A stretch of 64,000 nucleotides of DNA from Klebsormidium nitens (taxonomy: Eukaryota; Plantae; Klebsormidiophyceae). Shown piece after piece: positions 38,301 through 55,334 of the stretch. The translations under genes were made by a program, and so were the position numbers. The notes below the pieces were generated by a model that was not told the origin of the DNA, did no database searches, and was given only the letters and a program-made list of their open reading frames with translations. The stretch's first letter is position 1, and the number at the start of each line of letters is the position of its first letter. The DNA lies in assembly GCA_000708835.1 (NCBI GenBank), contig DF237001.1, forward strand, positions 186,001 through 250,000. Reading direction: 5' to 3'.

Positions 38301-39336
38301 CCTGGCGCAGCTGCTGTTTTGGCACCGGAACGCGCCCGGGTTCGATCCCGTGGCGGCGCTCGGGGAAAGTCTCCGGGGCACGTGTCTGCTTCCGGACGCG
38401 GAGTCGGTGACACGGCCCGCGGTGCCCGGGGAGAGGGCCACGTGGCTGCGGAAGCTGACGACGGAGCCGGGGGGGCCGTGGCCGTCGCAGTGGCGGTTCA
38501 AGGAGGACGCGTTGCAGGTGAGGGGTTCTGGTTTGAGATGCAGGGTTCGGAGAATGGCGAATGGGTTGTGTTGGGGTGCGTTTGTGTGCGTTGCAACCCC
38601 GCTCGCATCGGTGAAGGTTCAGCAACGACTCAATGAAAAGGCCGACGGATCCCCTGGTCTTTGAGTGCGTCGCTCGAGGAAGCAGGTACCAATGTTCCGT
38701 AAAGTACTCCTGATCCGCAGACTACAAACAAGCGGCCGATCGGGTTGGACGTTTCCGGAAGGCGAGACTTTGCGACTTCGGGAATATACCTACTGTTTCG
38801 CCTGATGCATCTGATCTTCATTAACCCCCACGACTGCCCGAGGAAGTAACCCACCGTCGACTCCGTTGGCTTGCTAGCCTTTTATATCGCACAGTCCTGT
38901 TGATCCTTCTTTCCAAGTGCTGCCAATCGCTGCTTGCAACGTTTCTTAGAGGTTGCTCCTTCAAGGCAAGTGCGAAGTCAAAAGGCCAAAAGCTGGAGGC
39001 TCGTGGAGATAAGCTCGACACCAACGAGGTGCTTCCACCAATGCGTGTGTGCTGAAGAGCCACTGTTCCCGCACGTCGTTGATGATATGGTTTCCAAGCG
39101 GTCACCTTTCTGCATGTTCCTATGAATACGATCATTGGGTGGGTTTCTGAAACTTAGCTGCCCGTATTCAAGAAATAATAGGAGAATGGTTCTCGTGCAG
39201 ATTGACAAGCCTCTCATATCTTGATCATGCGCAGGCAACTCTTGGGAATCCGCTCGTGGACGCAGCTATTCGCCGTCAGATCACGTGTGAAAGTGGGGCC
39301 TTGCTTCTGCCACCGCTGCTTCTTGACAACATATAA
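26400..39336 (+). CDS. Divergent ATXR3/SDG2-like SET-domain protein with an N-terminal E/R-rich helix, a Cys4 motif, a BRK domain and a bromodomain-like segment
   Basis: Exons: 26400-28460, 28822-28943, ~29384-29602, ~29905-29985, ~30629-30805, ~31295-31461, 32015-32109, 32431-32572, 32997-33176, 33527-33652, ~34069-34177, 34769-34903, 35400-35609, ~35968-36090, further exons near 37.1 and 37.5-38.5 kb, and 39235-39336. The splice phases I checked are compatible. Colinear matches to ATXR3 C-terminal blocks as I recall them: GVDPFTRRGILDALP, GYEVFFVD, LLHSCQATC...ELTLNY, VCLCGMPACRGS, LQHLYITLDRVQH, KTYPGEYILAQLLFW, RGTCLLPD, PWPSQWRFK, TLGNPLVDAA. Confidence 0.82.
26780..27020 (+). repeat. 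Purine-rich low-complexity coding repeat (ER/EREQ), predicted charged single alpha-helix
   Basis: GAGAGGGAAAGAGAGCGAGCGAGGGAGCGGGAAAGGGAA... translates as EKEEKEERERERARERERELDQEREQEMEREKEMQKERERERELE. Confidence 0.8.
36150..36840. repeat. Intronic ~385-bp diverged tandem duplication carrying CACGTCACA/ACGTCA microarrays
   Basis: CGAGCT(G/T)AAGATCTTGCGTGAG at 36351 and 36736; GGAAAGGACA at ~36397 and 36781; CAGTCAGGCGGGTAC at 36436 and 36822. Each block follows an array of ACACGTCACA-like units. Confidence 0.75.
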
Positions 39337-39699
39337 ACGGGTCAACCCTCGCCTCATGTACGGCGGAGTCGTTCGTAAAAGCTGTTTTCGTTGATTCAAA
39401 CGCCTTTCGAGTGGCTGACAGTAACTTAACGATCGAAAGGATGCCACGTCGTCCAGATGCGGATGGCACGCATGAGGTCTTATTCGATGTGAACTTCGTA
39501 AATCTTAGCCGAGTTGTAGTGAACCATTATACATCAACTGGGCTCGACCGCCTGAGCAGTCTTTGGCTTTCGGGGGCTATGTGCAAAGCTCCGCCACTTT
39601 TTAGTAGTTTGAGCAACGTTTCGGACGCGCATGTGCAGAGCCTATGCCTTCAGCGCGTTGCTCGCTATAGCCGCCATGAATCCGCTTGAGCCATGTAGA

Positions 39700-41450
39700 T
39701 TTGCTGCGGTCTCTCATTGATAGCAGCCGAAGTATCAGATTGAAGCAAGAAGCATGCTCATGCTAGATGACTATAACGAGTCTCGACGGCGAGTGTCCGA
39801 CTCTTGACTCTAGCCATTCATTCTCCGACCAGATCATGGCATCATACTATAGTTGTCGGGCCAGTGCATGCATGACGGATCGATCTAACTAAGATTACCG
39901 TAGTCCGCGTTGCAGGCTGAACATACGGTAGTACTGTATGCTCAGGTATGCAAGCTTCGCTGGGCCTCTGTAGATACATCATACGTACCGGTGAATCGGA
40001 TCAATGGCCCTTGCTGAGCCTGGTCGGGCTGGATACCATTTCCATTTTCGCCGCTTCGACGAAAATTACGTTAGATATGTAGGTCCTAGGTCCTAGGTCC
40101 TAGGTATACCGGTAGCCTTCAATGAATACGGCGCCCGACGGTGCGAGATTCGGATTTGCTGCATTTTCGAAAGCTCAGAGCCGTCGATCGGAATCCAATA
40201 CATTTACCTTCTTTTCCCAAGAGTATATCTCAACCGTTGCGAACACTCGCGGCCATTGCATCGACGGTCCGATCCTGATTCCTGACGTACCAAGTCGTAT
40301 ACGGCATACGTACATTGAGATCCTTGACGTCACCTTGTTTCGATACGGACCGTACGATTGCTGACCCCAAAATCATTGGAATTCCAAAAATACGAACTTT
40401 GAAATAGGTACTGGTAACAATCAGTGTTTCTTCGATCCAAGTTCCGGTACTGTACCGTGTACGTACGCAAGTCCTGACTCCTGTCGGACGCCGAGGCCTC
40501 TGGGCCGGCTCTGGCCAGCCGAGGCTCGAATATTACAGTGGCCGGTTGACCGGGATAACGGCCGTTAAAGTAGTACTGGTATCTTACACGGTATGTACCT
40601 GTGGTACTACCGTGCAGCTTATAAATCCGCCTCGATCTTCTCAATTATATTGGAAATATGTTGAATGTATGATGACGTCAAACAATCGCAGTCAATCATG
40701 TACGGTGATTGTTTTGGATCGTTTCCAATATTAAGGCATCAACCGGGCGCCATTCTCGATCACGGGCGGTCTACCGGTATCCATATTAGGTATGGCCTGT
40801 TTTGCCGACGGGTTCATTGAATTGTTTGCCCGTTGCCTGCTAGCGCTCGGCGGTCGGAGTCCGGACTCCAGACCCGGGAATTGGAAATTTTAAGTTCCGG
40901 CCACCAGGTGGGTTGGCCGGAGACTCGGAGCTAGGTCGGAGCCAGGGCTTTTCTTGCTTTTGCTTTGCTTTTGCGCACCGATTATGGCCCGTACGTGCAT
41001 ACTTAAGGCTCGGCTGACGACAATCCATCATCACACGTGTGATGACATGCCTCTGCAGATTGAGCCCAGAGAATCCAGCTGGCAGAGTCCGATGTCAACA
41101 GGAACAACCTGCACCCGGTGTTCCGAACGTCGAACTCCGGTAGCAGGTTTGCTAGCTATAATCACGACCGTCTGCAAATGATGAGCTCTTTCTTACCAAA
41201 TATGGGCTGCCTTTTCTAAAGTGGTGTCAGGAACTGGTCCCAACTACCTACCCCGGGGCCCGTCGATCGAACGAGCTTGGGGTATTAGCGCGTGTCAATC
41301 CGGTACGGTACTCCAGAGTCCAAATCTCGAAAGCGGGTTAGACATACGGACACGTCGAAACCATAAACCGATACCTGGTTCAGGCCGAGTCGTCGACCGA
41401 ACGCTTCGAACCTAACCTAGAAGTTCTGGTCAAGGGTGGGTAGCGTACCG
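39700..41450. other. Palindrome-rich / GTAC-CCGG-rich intergenic island C, possibly a decayed repeat
   Basis: GTGCATGCATGACGGATCGATC, (AGGTCCT)3 at 40081-40101, TATACCGGTA, TACTGTACCGTGTACGTACG and many CCGG/GTAC words. No recognisable protein. Confidence 0.45.
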
Positions 41451-44035
41451 CGCACCTGTAGTAGGCACCGGTCTAACTCCCAAGGTCCTTTCCGTCCCTT
41501 TCCGATACAGGCATTTTTAACACCACGACTATAGTGGGGATGCTCCATTTCCGCCGGACGCGCATCCGTTTCACGGTAGTGTGCACTGTGCACTCAGCAC
41601 TGTGCACGGCGACGTTTGATCCAGCATTTGTGGCCACTTGGTACCAGGAAGCATGCTTGCCCGTGCTCACTGCACTGAAGAAAGTGGAGAAGCGAGGCCT
41701 GCCTTTCGTGTCGCCTCTTCTGAGCCCCTCGGGGTTCCGCTCGCTTGTCTGATGGTGACCGGAACATCTTGCACATCACTGGCCAATTCGATAATACGAT
41801 ATCCGCCAGAACTATTGTTCCGGTCCGAGGAGTCCGCTGCTCGCATTAATTTGTCGTTGTCAGGGCGACCAAGGTTCCGATTTACATCTCTGGTTTGTCG
41901 GAAAGTGCGTAGCAATCCGGCACGGAAATGCCGAAGTCGTGACAACCGTCGTCCCAGCTCCTCATGCAACTTGCGAGTCATGGCGGCAGTCATGAATGCG
42001 GCACTCATGAAACCTTCGTGAGGAGTCAAGCGCATCGTTTGTTGCGGCAACCTCCTCTGCACCCTGCATGCCTCCTGGCCTTCTCTCCGTCAATATGCCC
42101 ATGCCACACGGCGCGCCGCCAACCGTGCTGAGTGGGGCAAAAGGTGGGGGGGGGAAGCAAGTGGCCTAAACTTCAAGTTGGCGGGTAGACTCCAACACTT
42201 TGACGAGGAAGGAGCTTTGAGCTGTGACCAGTGCGTAGCTGAGCTGTGCAGACAGGATCCTGCAAGTAGCTGGGCCTAGGACTAAGAGAGCTAGCTGGTG
42301 TGAGCTTTGTCTAGGGTGATGCAGGGTTGGGGCGTTTTTGAGCGAAGCCCAAAGCTGTCGGCTAACAGTCAGCTATGAAAGAGAAGACAGCCGGCATTAC
42401 GTTTTAGGGAGAGGATTTTGCACGACCGAAGCTAGAGGGTTCAACTGCACCCTCATCAACGCCTGTTTTGGCCTTCACGGGGTGGCCACAGGTGGAATGC
42501 AAGTGGAACAGGTAATGATGACATGCTTCCCCGCGTCACCCCTTCATTTGACCATTGTGGGCTTCGTTGACCATTCCGCCATGATTTCAAAATCAGTGTC
42601 AAAGTTGGGAGCTTCTCTGTTGTAGGGCCGATTTCTTGTTGAACTCTGAGAAACGCCTTCCAATCTGGAGCTATGCGTTGCATGTGGCTGTCTTACAAGC
42701 AGTTCAGAACTGGAGGTACGGCAAATGCAGGGTTTTAGTCAGGATGGTAAAATGCTGTCCAAATGCTGTCTTGTGGCGGGCTCCTATAGCACTCTTGGAA
42801 CGGGTAAAGTACGGAGGAACTTCTGTAGCACTTGTCAGGTGGGCAAAGCAGCAGGAAAGTCACGCTTCTTTGCACAGTTGGGCTGCTTGGGCCCACAATC
42901 CCCTAGCATGTGGCAGCAAAAAGCCCCTTGTGCTTTTCCTTCGCGCTTTGGGTGGACACGGGCTTCGTGGATTCTGGATGCCATGTGCATTGATGTCAGT
43001 GGCAGTCAAGCTCTGGACAGTGTAATCTCTGTCTACATTTGCTGTGACCTTGACTTTGACTTGGTTTCAGCACCATTTGGTCCATTTGCTTTTGTGGCGG
43101 TTACGTGTTTCGGAGCCTTCGCTGGCCAAACCCGTCCCTTGCTCGTTTCTGAATATTACCAACACAGAGTCGAACAACTTTTACCTGGCCGGGCTGCTTA
43201 CTAATAATTATGGAGCCTCTCACTCTTGTTCCGGGGTTGAAGCCTAACACTTGGTCAGCTGCTGGTCACAGGAAGCATCTGCTTCTCGGATTCAGCTGTT
43301 GAAGGAACCCGAGTGCCAGTCAACTCAATTGAGGGGATAATGCCAGAGAATAATTGGTAGTAATGGCAGGATCACAGGTGGTCATTTCACAATCTGGTGG
43401 GATTCTACACAATTCGCGAGTTCGGCCGCGATGTGACAAGCAAATACCCCCTGCCCTCTCCTGCCCCATTATTCTGGTGAAAGGTGCTAGTAAAAGGGCC
43501 ACGATTTGACAAAAAGGGGAGACACCTCATTTTGCATGAGCTTTGCCGTTTAATTCGAGTCCCCTTGCTTAAGTGATGCAGCCAATCATCAGCCAATTTT
43601 GACCCCCATGCTTACCCAGCACAGGTGCCCTACAGGCTGGGTGGCCTGTTCAAAAGAGTTGCTGCATCGTCGCTTGTTGCCCACCTTTGCCCATCAGCAT
43701 TCACAAAATCTCGGTTTAAGGAATCACCCTCCATTGACAGTCCCAAGATAGGAGGCAACCAGATCTGGTGCGTGCCTCATGCTGTGCACGTTGCCTTGGC
43801 CCCACTGACCCGCCCTCATTGTCGCATGCAGGCTTACTAAACGCCCTGAGAACAGCTGTCTCTGAGAATACCACCAGCAGCCTCCATCTTCAGCACAGCA
43901 TTGACTGGGGGCTGTCCGCTGAGCAAAAAAAGAGGGTACTTTAGAGTAGGCCCCAGCTTGCATCTCAGTGACAATTGGCCGGGCTGGCCCGAATGCTCCC
44001 CCGCCGGTGCCCCCCCCCATGGTGCGGGCAGTAAG

Positions 44036-46894
44036 ATGCTGGCGCTGGAGGCTGTGAGCGACACGTTAGCTAGGCTCCATCCCGTGAGCATCCCCCCCAG
44101 TCCGCTGGACCCGAATGGTTGCCTCCAGAAGCTGCAGCGGATCGATACCCCGCGGGGGGTGCTAGAGGGTGCGGTGCGCCAGCAGAGCTCCGTCACAGAG
44201 CACACGTTGGAGGGGGGGGGAGAGGTGAATGAGGGCGCGTCGGCGCAGAGCCCACTGGTGATGGAGAAAGGGGGAAATGGGCAGCAGGGGGAGGGCGTGG
44301 GCCAGGAAAACCGCCCCCCCCCCGGACAGGAGATGACGCCCGAGCAGATTGAGACCCTGCGCCGACAGGTGGCGGTGTATTGCGGGATATGCGACAACTT
44401 GATGGCCTTGCACCGTGCGAAAATGAGCGGGACCCAAGGTGAGGCTGCATGATATGTTACCAATTTTGAAGTCGACACGAGCTGGGTTGATGAATTGACA
44501 GTCCTGTTTGAACAACCAAGTTGCAAGCTGTACCAAAGTGCAAGATCATTGTGCACATCTGCAACCTGGCCTTGCTTGCAGGTGCCAAGTCCCCTTCAGC
44601 ATCTTTGTTGCAGGACTCAACATTTCACACTTGCCCCCCATTCGTTGGCATTTCTCTATCTGCAGAAAAAGTTCAACCTCCTTAGAGCTAGTGGTGTTCT
44701 TTGCAGCATCGCCATAGGCTTGTTATGTCCTCCTAGTGCCCTCTTTTGGTGAAGAGCCCTCTCACGGATTTTCAGTCTACACTTCCCTTCCTGCCCTGCT
44801 CAGCAAACTGTGTCTAACCCACATATCCAATTCGGCAGGGCCCCTACAAGGGATGGATGCCTACTACCAGGACGCATCCGCGATGATCAACCGGGGGGGA
44901 AAGCACCGGTGGGCCCCCGCAGAGGCGCAGAAAGCGGCGCTGGACCGAGTGTTTCAGGAGCTGGGGGGGGGCACCCCGAGCAAGGCGCGCATCAAGGAAC
45001 TAGTAACGGAGCTGGGTCGGCACGGGCCAGTGACGGAGTCTAACGTGTACAACTGGTTCCAGAACAAGAAGGCGCGCAGCAAGCGCAAGGTGGCGGCCAC
45101 CGAGGCGGAGAGCGGGATCGACGACCGGAACCCCAAGCGGACGCGAGAGGACGGGGCGCACTCGAGCGGCAGCCTCAACATCACGTCGTCCTTCGATGTT
45201 GACCGCATGAGCGAGGGGGGGGTTGTGTCGTCTGGGTTTGAGCAGCGCCCCGCGCCTGCGCAGCAGCTTCAGGTGGGGGGCTTGCGTCTGCTGCTTTGCC
45301 CTTTTCTCTTCCCCTCTTTCTTCGTTGTCCCTTTTCCCTGTCCTTTTCTTGCCCCACTTCCATTTCGTCTGCTGCAGCTGCTGGTAAGTGAGATCTGACC
45401 CAAAGACGATCTCTATGTTGTCCTTCCGTATCCAAGCCTGATGAACCACGCTTTTTCCCCAGATCTGCTCTGCGACGTCTTTGTTCTTCTTTGTCAAAGG
45501 AGTCCTTTACTGCAGAGCAATAAGGCTGGCTCCTGGGGGTAAATGAGCCCCTGCCAAAGGCCAATTGACATGTTCCGTTACCTATTGAGATGTTCTTTGA
45601 CCACGTCATTCTAAGTTTGCCTCTAAAAAGAATGCGCGGTGTGCTTCTCTTTGGATCACGTCTAATCGTTTAGATGGAAGTTCTGTGGGCACCCCAGATC
45701 CAAGCTTTTTATTCGAGTCTGAGCCAACTTCTCAAGTTGTGTTGCTTGGTCACATCAAGGGCTTTTCTGCAACTCCACTGTATGCCTGTTCACACCAACT
45801 CCTCCAACCAACTCCTCAGAAGTTACATTCTTGATTTCAAATCGTCATATAGTTCTGCTTTTACAGTTGACATTTGGCCGCCCGCCTTACGGCCTTTCTT
45901 CCCCCTCGTGCAGACCCCATTGGGCTGGCGCAGCGGTGCCCTTGCTCACGACATCCCTGCCCCCCGCACGCAGCTCTTTGCCGACTCCAGCATCCAAGAC
46001 GCGGCAGCCATGCTCCTTTACGCCGCAGCGGAGAACGCTGGCCAGGGGGGGGGTAGTGCAGCGCAAAGCCTGGCCAACACGCTGGGCCTGCTGGGGGCTG
46101 CGCAGGATGGGGCGTCCTTCTTCCAGGGGGGTCAGGGCGGCAGCAACATGGGGGGGGGGCTGGACCTGCCTTATGGCGCACTCACAGGGGAGAGCGCGTA
46201 CAGCCAGCCGCAGGGTGAGGGGAGCAAAACATGGAAGCCCACGGGTGTCGATGCTCGGTGCCTAAGTGCGGCGAAAGCTGCACTGTACAGCCCAAGATTT
46301 AACAAGTTGCGCACTCTGATTTGAGGATCGATTCTAGCTTTGACTTGCTGACTTGATCTATCACCTTAGCTCGGATGGTGCAGCTTGCGGAACTTCTGAA
46401 CGAGACACCCTCTTTCCGTGCTTCCACGAATAAGGGAGTGCTACTACAGTCACTTTCTATCAGAATCAAAGAGAGTTGAGAGTTGTTCACCTCCGCCTGC
46501 AGCAAAGCCGTCGTTCAAGGCTGCCACGAGATTGTTTTAGAAAACGTTTTGCCCACTTTGATCAAAATGTCTGACCAACTGTTCTGGAGCGTCAAACTTT
46601 AGCCATTGGCCGTTGCAGCCAAGCCGACAGGGATAATCGGCCTGCCTCCAAGAGCAGTAGGAGTGCTTTTTCCCGGATCTAATCTTTTGTTGACGTTTGA
46701 CCTGCAGCAGAGACGTCGTTGAAGGTGATGATCAACGGGCGGCCGTACGACGTCCCTGCGGGCCCGCTGGACGTGCGCGCCAGCTTCGGGGAGGGCATGG
46801 TGCTGTACGACTCGCGCGGGGTGCAGGTGCTCACGGACAACCTGGGGGTCACCTTCGACGCGCTGCACAACGGGGAGTCGTACTACCTGCAGAG
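44036..46894 (+). CDS. WOX: WUSCHEL-related homeobox (WOX) transcription factor; start and last exon uncertain
   Basis: Exons 44036-44438, 44839-45272, 45914-46214 and 46708/46711-46894 are phase-compatible. They encode MTPEQIETLRRQVAVYCGICDNLMALH (WOX13-type motif), the homeodomain RWAPAEAQKAALDRVFQELGGGTPSKARIKELVTELGRHGPVTESNVYNWFQNKKARSKRK, and the C-terminal KVMINGRPYDVPAGPLDVRASFGEGMVLYDSRGVQVLTDNLGVTFDALHNGESYYL. Confidence 0.88.
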
Positions 46895-48079
46895 GTCAGC
46901 CGCTTTTTCACTGGTGCCGTGCTCGGATACGCTGTGCTGGCAAGCATGCGCGCATCTCCATTGTGTAGCTTCAATCGCCGCGAAAGTTGCATACGTGTTC
47001 GTGGGGTCTTTTTGAAGGGTACGGTCGGTCTGAGTTTCTTCTATATTTAGTTGGTCGTTGCTATTCCTGCGACCGCGTTTGTGGTCTGGTTAGGCAGGTG
47101 GCGCTTCCGCCAGATGTCTCTTTCCAAATGATGTAACTGCATGACTTCTCTGCTTGCAATGGTCTCAGATCATTCGTCTTCCTTCTGTGAGCAATCTTCG
47201 GGGGACGCACCTGATACTCAAAAGACGAGCTATCGTGATGTTGCATCAGACCGTGACGGATTGTTCTGCGCTCGTTCCGCTGACCCGACGCTGGCCTGTG
47301 TGCGTGCAGCGAGCTCCAACCCGGGTTGGGCCTGGATCACGACCGGCTGGGCAGAGCGGTAAGGAACATCGCGCTCGCTCCCGGTCTCCCCTCTACGATT
47401 TGGCCCGTTACCCGCTTGCACCTTCGCACGGAGCTTGCTAGTCTGTGACTCAGGGGCTTCGGTCCAGCGCAAGTGGTTTTTGGCCTTCGCTTCGTGCGGT
47501 CGCCTGCTCAACCTAGGGTGCACCCACGGGCAGTCGCAGGTCACGTCTTTAAAGATGAGGCTCCTCAGTTGGGGGCCCCATCGTACGGTTGACGGCTTAG
47601 CACAAGAAGTTCCTTCGACCGTGATAAAGGTTTCATTCGCAATTTCTGCCTGCGGCGTGACTCGTTCATTCTGTGCCTGATCGACTCTCTGTGCTGCGTG
47701 CAGCTGTTCCCGTAGCTGCGCTCCACGTCCATCGCTGACACCGCTAACCCCACAGAGCCGAGCTAACCCCCGCGCCAGGCGGGCAGTCCTGCGCGTGTAC
47801 AAGCTGTTGCAGATGGTAGGCCGCAGAACGGGGCGCCTGACCCCGCTAGACCCGCACCAGATAGGCCAAGCTTTCCCTTCGAGCATCAGACGCAGTCAAA
47901 GGGGCAGCCTGTTGTAATATCATGCTACTCGGCTGAGAGTTGTGCCACTATTTTGGGCGTTCTTCCGCATGCTTGCTCGGCCGACACCGTGACGACTCCG
48001 AAACAATAAAGTGGGCGCAACTCCCGCCCGTATGTCCGACTGGCAAACAAGTGTATTAAGTAGGACGTCAGCGAAAACG

Positions 48080-49250
48080 GCTTGATGGGAGGACTGCCGG
48101 CGCCAATAATCGTTGGAAGCTGCAGCTAGTTCGACATTCATAGACAGTTCATAGATTAAACTTGATTGAGTAGCTAGGTCGACTTCGTCCTCTTTTTGCC
48201 TAGCTTAAGTTATGGTCCTTCTGCAACATTGACCATCTTGGTGGATTGCCAGATGAGTTGTCTTGCCTTGAAACCACTTCGAGCAGTTCCGTAATTCAAT
48301 ATGGTGCATTCCGACCCATGCTGCCCCGGCGTAAGTTTGCGACCAGTATGACGATTTTTATAGCTAGAGGACACCTGAAGCTTATCAAGGGGCAAGCTAG
48401 CTTGCATCGCTATGCAGCGTCGAATCAGCTCGATCAGCTGGGCGACGGCTCATACATAAGATCATGTCGGCGCGGCCTATTGAACCGAGGCTGGCCGGGC
48501 TTCCTCCCAAGTTCACAAATTCAACGTACGATCATAAGCCCGGCTATACAATTAAGACTAAGAATTGCAGACCGTACCATACGTTCGCACCGCCGCGCAT
48601 GCTCAATCATATGTATGGGCCATTATTGCGGCCGCGCGGCGCTGATCGACTTATAGCTTATGAGCTGGCATGACCATAGGTATGCGTGCGCGTGACCGGC
48701 TCGGCGAGCTATCAGACTGCATGAATGCTAGCCTGGTATATATGTCCCCGCGGCCAAAGCTAGTGCATCATATGCATAGCTCGGCCGCGCCCCGGCTAGC
48801 TAGCTGCGGCCGCGACGCGCCTGCATGAGTCCACTGCCGCGCGCGGCCCAGAAGCCTGAGCTGAACATGCATATCGCGGGGCGGCAGCGAGTTAGGGCAC
48901 TAGCTATAGATATGCAATTCACTTACTCCGACAGTTACGTTGCCGGCCGGGCCAACCCTGGTCACTGCGCATGGCGGCATGGTCACTCTGGCATGCCGCG
49001 CAATTAAATGCAACTAGGTTACTTGCACGCCATCGGACTTGCCCGCCCGCAAATGAAAACCTAGAAAAGAGATCCTATGATTTGCAAGACATGCGCATGG
49101 AATACGCATCAGTTCTATATAATCTCAGATATACGAGTATTGGTATCCAGCCTTGTCACATTTACCGTGTGTGGGCACTGCGAGCTAGGCTCGAAGTCTG
49201 TGTACGTGTAATGATGTGCTAGCTTAGCCGCCGCTAACGGCCTTTGCTAA
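48080..49250. other. Palindrome-rich intergenic island D (between convergent WOX and G-patch 3' ends)
   Basis: TGCATCATATGCATAGCTCGGCCGCGCCCCGGCTAGCTAGCTGCGGCCGCGACGCGCCTGCATG and similar runs. Densest example in the window. Confidence 0.6.
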
Positions 49251-49668
49251 GTCTATCTCTTGACTAGTGAAGGTCGAGAGGTTCTGTATATAAAAATTGC
49301 ATGATGATGCACGCGCTGATGCTTGGCCACGTACCAAAACACGTTGTGTCGCCATCCATCAGACTGTGTGCATTGCCAGATCCAAGGGCTAGCAGATCAA
49401 TGTTCTCGCCTATGTTGTGCTGGCAGACAGACCGTACGGGACGTACGAACCTGCCACCTCCGTCTAAAACCTAGCGGAGTTTAGACCGCTCACCTTGCAT
49501 CAAGAAGTCTGCAAAGACCGCGTGCGACTATATGTATAACGTGCAACAAACTTCTCATACCAGTGTACTCCGTCCATGCTGCTCCATACCTTGTACTCCG
49601 CCCACGGGCTTCACAACGACGTGATACGTCTACCAGCTGGATCTTCCCCCCTGCCCACACGGCCGCTC

Positions 49669-55334
<5,666 letters not shown>

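Noticed and set aside
40330-40644. 104-aa Tyr/Arg-rich minus-strand ORF
   Set aside because: Composition follows from the GTAC-rich DNA. No motif recognised.
42135-43606. GGGGCAAAA ... TTTTGACCCCC as possible TIRs of a PIF/Harbinger-like element
   Set aside because: Match too short and imperfect, with no TSD and no transposase motifs between them.
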